DNA from: Mobula hypostoma
Taxonomy: Eukaryota
Assembly (NCBI RefSeq): GCF_963921235.1
Contig: NC_086108.1
Coordinates: 42,534,001 to 42,598,000 of the forward strand
Length of the DNA: 64,000 nucleotides
Reading direction: 5' to 3'
The notes beneath the pieces are model-generated. The model was not told where the DNA came from and did no database searches. It was given only the letters and a program-made list of their open reading frames with translations. The translations under genes were made by a program, and so were the position numbers. The first letter of the stretch is position 1; each line of letters starts with the position of its first letter. This document shows positions 61,499 to 64,000 of this stretch, piece by piece.

Positions 61499-62386
61499 TC
61501 TAGCAAACTCTTTGATGAGGATAGCTGACATGGCTTAGGACAAACCTGTCAAAAAAAGATTACGTGCTTGGCAATTGTGTCTTTTGCTGATCAAATCACC
61601 CCAGAATGCCAATTTCCTTTTGCTGTTCCACCACAGGATTATCCAAAATGTTACTGAATGTTAACCTGCACTATACTGTAGAATATGATAAGTGTCCATT
61701 GCAAATGAAGCAAACTCTTTGATGAGGATAGCTGACAAACCTGTCAAAAAATGATTATTAGCCATCACTGCCAATAATGAGGAAGTCAATCTAAATGTGA
61801 CTGTGCAAGTTAGTACTATTAACCATTCTTAATAAGGGAAAGCTCACGTTTGGCCTCCATGGCACAAAGAAAGTATTTTTCTATCAAAAATCATGTTATA
61901 TATGATTAACACAGCTCAATTCCCACCTTTCTCATCATTTCTGTTCAAATCTCTTTAATTGGATTTCTGCCCTCTCCTTTGCACAAAGGATGCCCAGTTT
62001 AGTACTCTTCTGTGAAGTACTTGTTGTGTTATCCTGCCTTGCCCTTTTCAGTATCCTTCAGATGATTGACAATGTCATCCTTTCTGACTATGTAAAGTAC
62101 CTCAGTTATGCATTACAGTCCAGCTCCATTACATTACCCTCAACTTTACTCCTTATTTTATCTCTGCCAACAACGGTCTCTTAACATGTGGTTACCTTAA
62201 GAATGCACTCAAGTTGTCATTGAGATTTTCCTTATTTACATCATCACTGCCTCTGACTCTACTTACCTGTGGGTGCCAGAACATCACTGCCTTAGATAAT
62301 GTTTAATATATTTTTAGATTATGAGAACACTCAGTCCTTGTTTATTGTCATTTAGAAATGCATGCATTAAGAAATGATACAATGTG

Positions 62387-63920
62387 CAAAGGATGTATTA
62401 GTGATAATTTTTCAAAACTCGTTAGATTCTGGACTAGTTCCTGAGGATTGGAGGGTGGCTAATGTAACCCCAATTTTTAAAAAAGGAGGGAGAGAGAAAC
62501 CGGGGAATTATAGACCGGTTAGCCTAACGTCGGTGGTGGGGAAACTGCTGGAGTCAGTTATCAAGGATGTGATAACAGCACATTTGGAAAGCGGAGAAAT
62601 GATCGGACAAAGTCAGCATGGATTTGTGAAAGGAAAATCATGTCTGACGAATCTCATAGAATTTTTTGAGGATGTAACTAGTAGAGTGGATAGGGGAGAA
62701 CCAGTGGATGTGGTATATTTGGATTTTCAAAAGGCTTTTGACAAGGTCCCACACAGGAGATTAGTGTGCAAACTTAAAGCACACGGTATTGGGGGTAAGG
62801 TATTGGTGTGGGTGGAGAATTGGTTAGCAGACAGAAAGCAAAGAGTGGGAATAAACGGGACCTTTTCAGAATGGCAGGCGGTGACTAGTGGGGTACCGCA
62901 AGGCTCAGTGCTGGGACCCCAGTTGTTTACAATATATATTAATGACTTGGATGAGGGAATTAAATGCAGCATCTCCAAGTTTGCGGATGACACGAAGCTG
63001 GACGGCAGTGTTAGCAGTGAGGAGGATGCTAAGAGGATGCAGGGTGACTTGGATAGGTTGGGTGAGTGGGCAAACTCATGGCAGATGCAATTTAATGTGG
63101 ATAAATGTGAAGTTATCCACTTTGGTGGCAAAAATAGGAAAACAGATTATTATCTGAATGGTGGCCGATTAGGAAAAGGGGAGGTGCAACGAGACCTGGG
63201 TGTCATTGTACACCAGTCATTGAAAGTGGGCATGCGGGTATAGCAGGCGGTGAAAAAAGTGAATGGTATGCTGGCATTCATAGCGAGAGGATTCGAGTAC
63301 AGGAGCAGGGAGGTACTACTGCAGTTGTACAAGGCCTTGGTGAGACCACACCTGGAGTATTGTGTGCAGTTTTGGTCCCCTAATCTGAGGAAAGTCATCC
63401 TTGCCATAGAGGGAGTACAAAGAAGGTTCACCAGATTGATTCCTGGGATGGCAGGACTTTCATATGAAGAAAGACTGGATGAACTGGGCTTGTACTCGTT
63501 GGAATTTAGAAGATTGAGGGGGGATCTGATTGAAACGTATAAGATCCTAAAGGGATTGGACAGGCTAGATGCAGGAAGATTGTTCCCGATGTTGGGGAAG
63601 TCCAGAACGAGGGGTCACAGTTTGAGGATAGAGGGGAAACCTTTTAGGACCGAGATTAGGAAAAACTTCTTCACACAGAGAGTGGTGAATCTGTGGAATT
63701 CTCTGCCACAGCAAACTGTTGAGGCCAGTTCATTGGCTATGTTTAAGAGGGAGTTAGATATGGCCCTTGTGGCTACAGGGGTCAGGGGGTATGGAGGGAA
63801 GGCTGGGGTGGGGTTCTGAGTTGGATGATCAGCCATGATCATAATAAATGGCGGTGCAGGCTCGAAGGGCCGAATGGCCTACTCCTGCACCTATTTTCTA
63901 TGTTTCTATGTTTCTATGTT
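62387..63920 (+). mobile_element. Young 5'-truncated CR1 LINE (RT nearly intact; one in-frame TAG at 63241)
   Basis: ORFs 62374-63243 and 63250-63819 are in the same frame and carry all RT motifs. Tail (tttctatg)n. Confidence 0.95.
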
Positions 63921-64000
63921 CCTCCAGAGTAATATCACAGAAAAACAGCACAAACCAAAGACTAAAACTGACAGAACCACATAATTATAACATATAGTTA

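Overview
Eukaryotic (vertebrate) genomic DNA, AT-rich and CpG-depleted. The repeat repertoire (CR1, Rex1/Babar-type LINEs, Penelope-like elements, V-SINE/MetaSINE-like SINEs) suggests a cartilaginous fish; this is an inference. Two host genes lie head-to-head around a CpG-rich bidirectional promoter at about 11.0-11.8 kb. On the - strand is the 5' end of GPSM2 (first coding exon 69->11, MDASDILVSLREYPYHIRY-R). On the + strand is a complete AKNAD1/AKNA-family gene that I assembled by hand into 20 phase-consistent GT-AG coding exons (15811-60550, 4065 nt, 1354 aa). It sits at the AKNAD1 position next to GPSM2 but is AKNA-sized and retains AKNA motifs. Introns are filled with CR1, Rex1-type and Penelope-like (GIY-YIG) retroelements. 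The most interesting non-coding signal is a family of minimal type I hammerhead-ribozyme motifs in the Penelope terminal repeats, including one apparently intact copy at 24588-24623 in sense orientation inside the AKNAD1 pre-mRNA, plus short palindromic non-autonomous derivatives with 14-bp target-site duplications. Also notable are a uORF cluster with a stop-start junction in the GPSM2 leader and an anomalous CpG-undepleted stretch inside an old CR1 (about 3060-4460). All similarity calls are from recalled protein and repeat motifs, not database searches.
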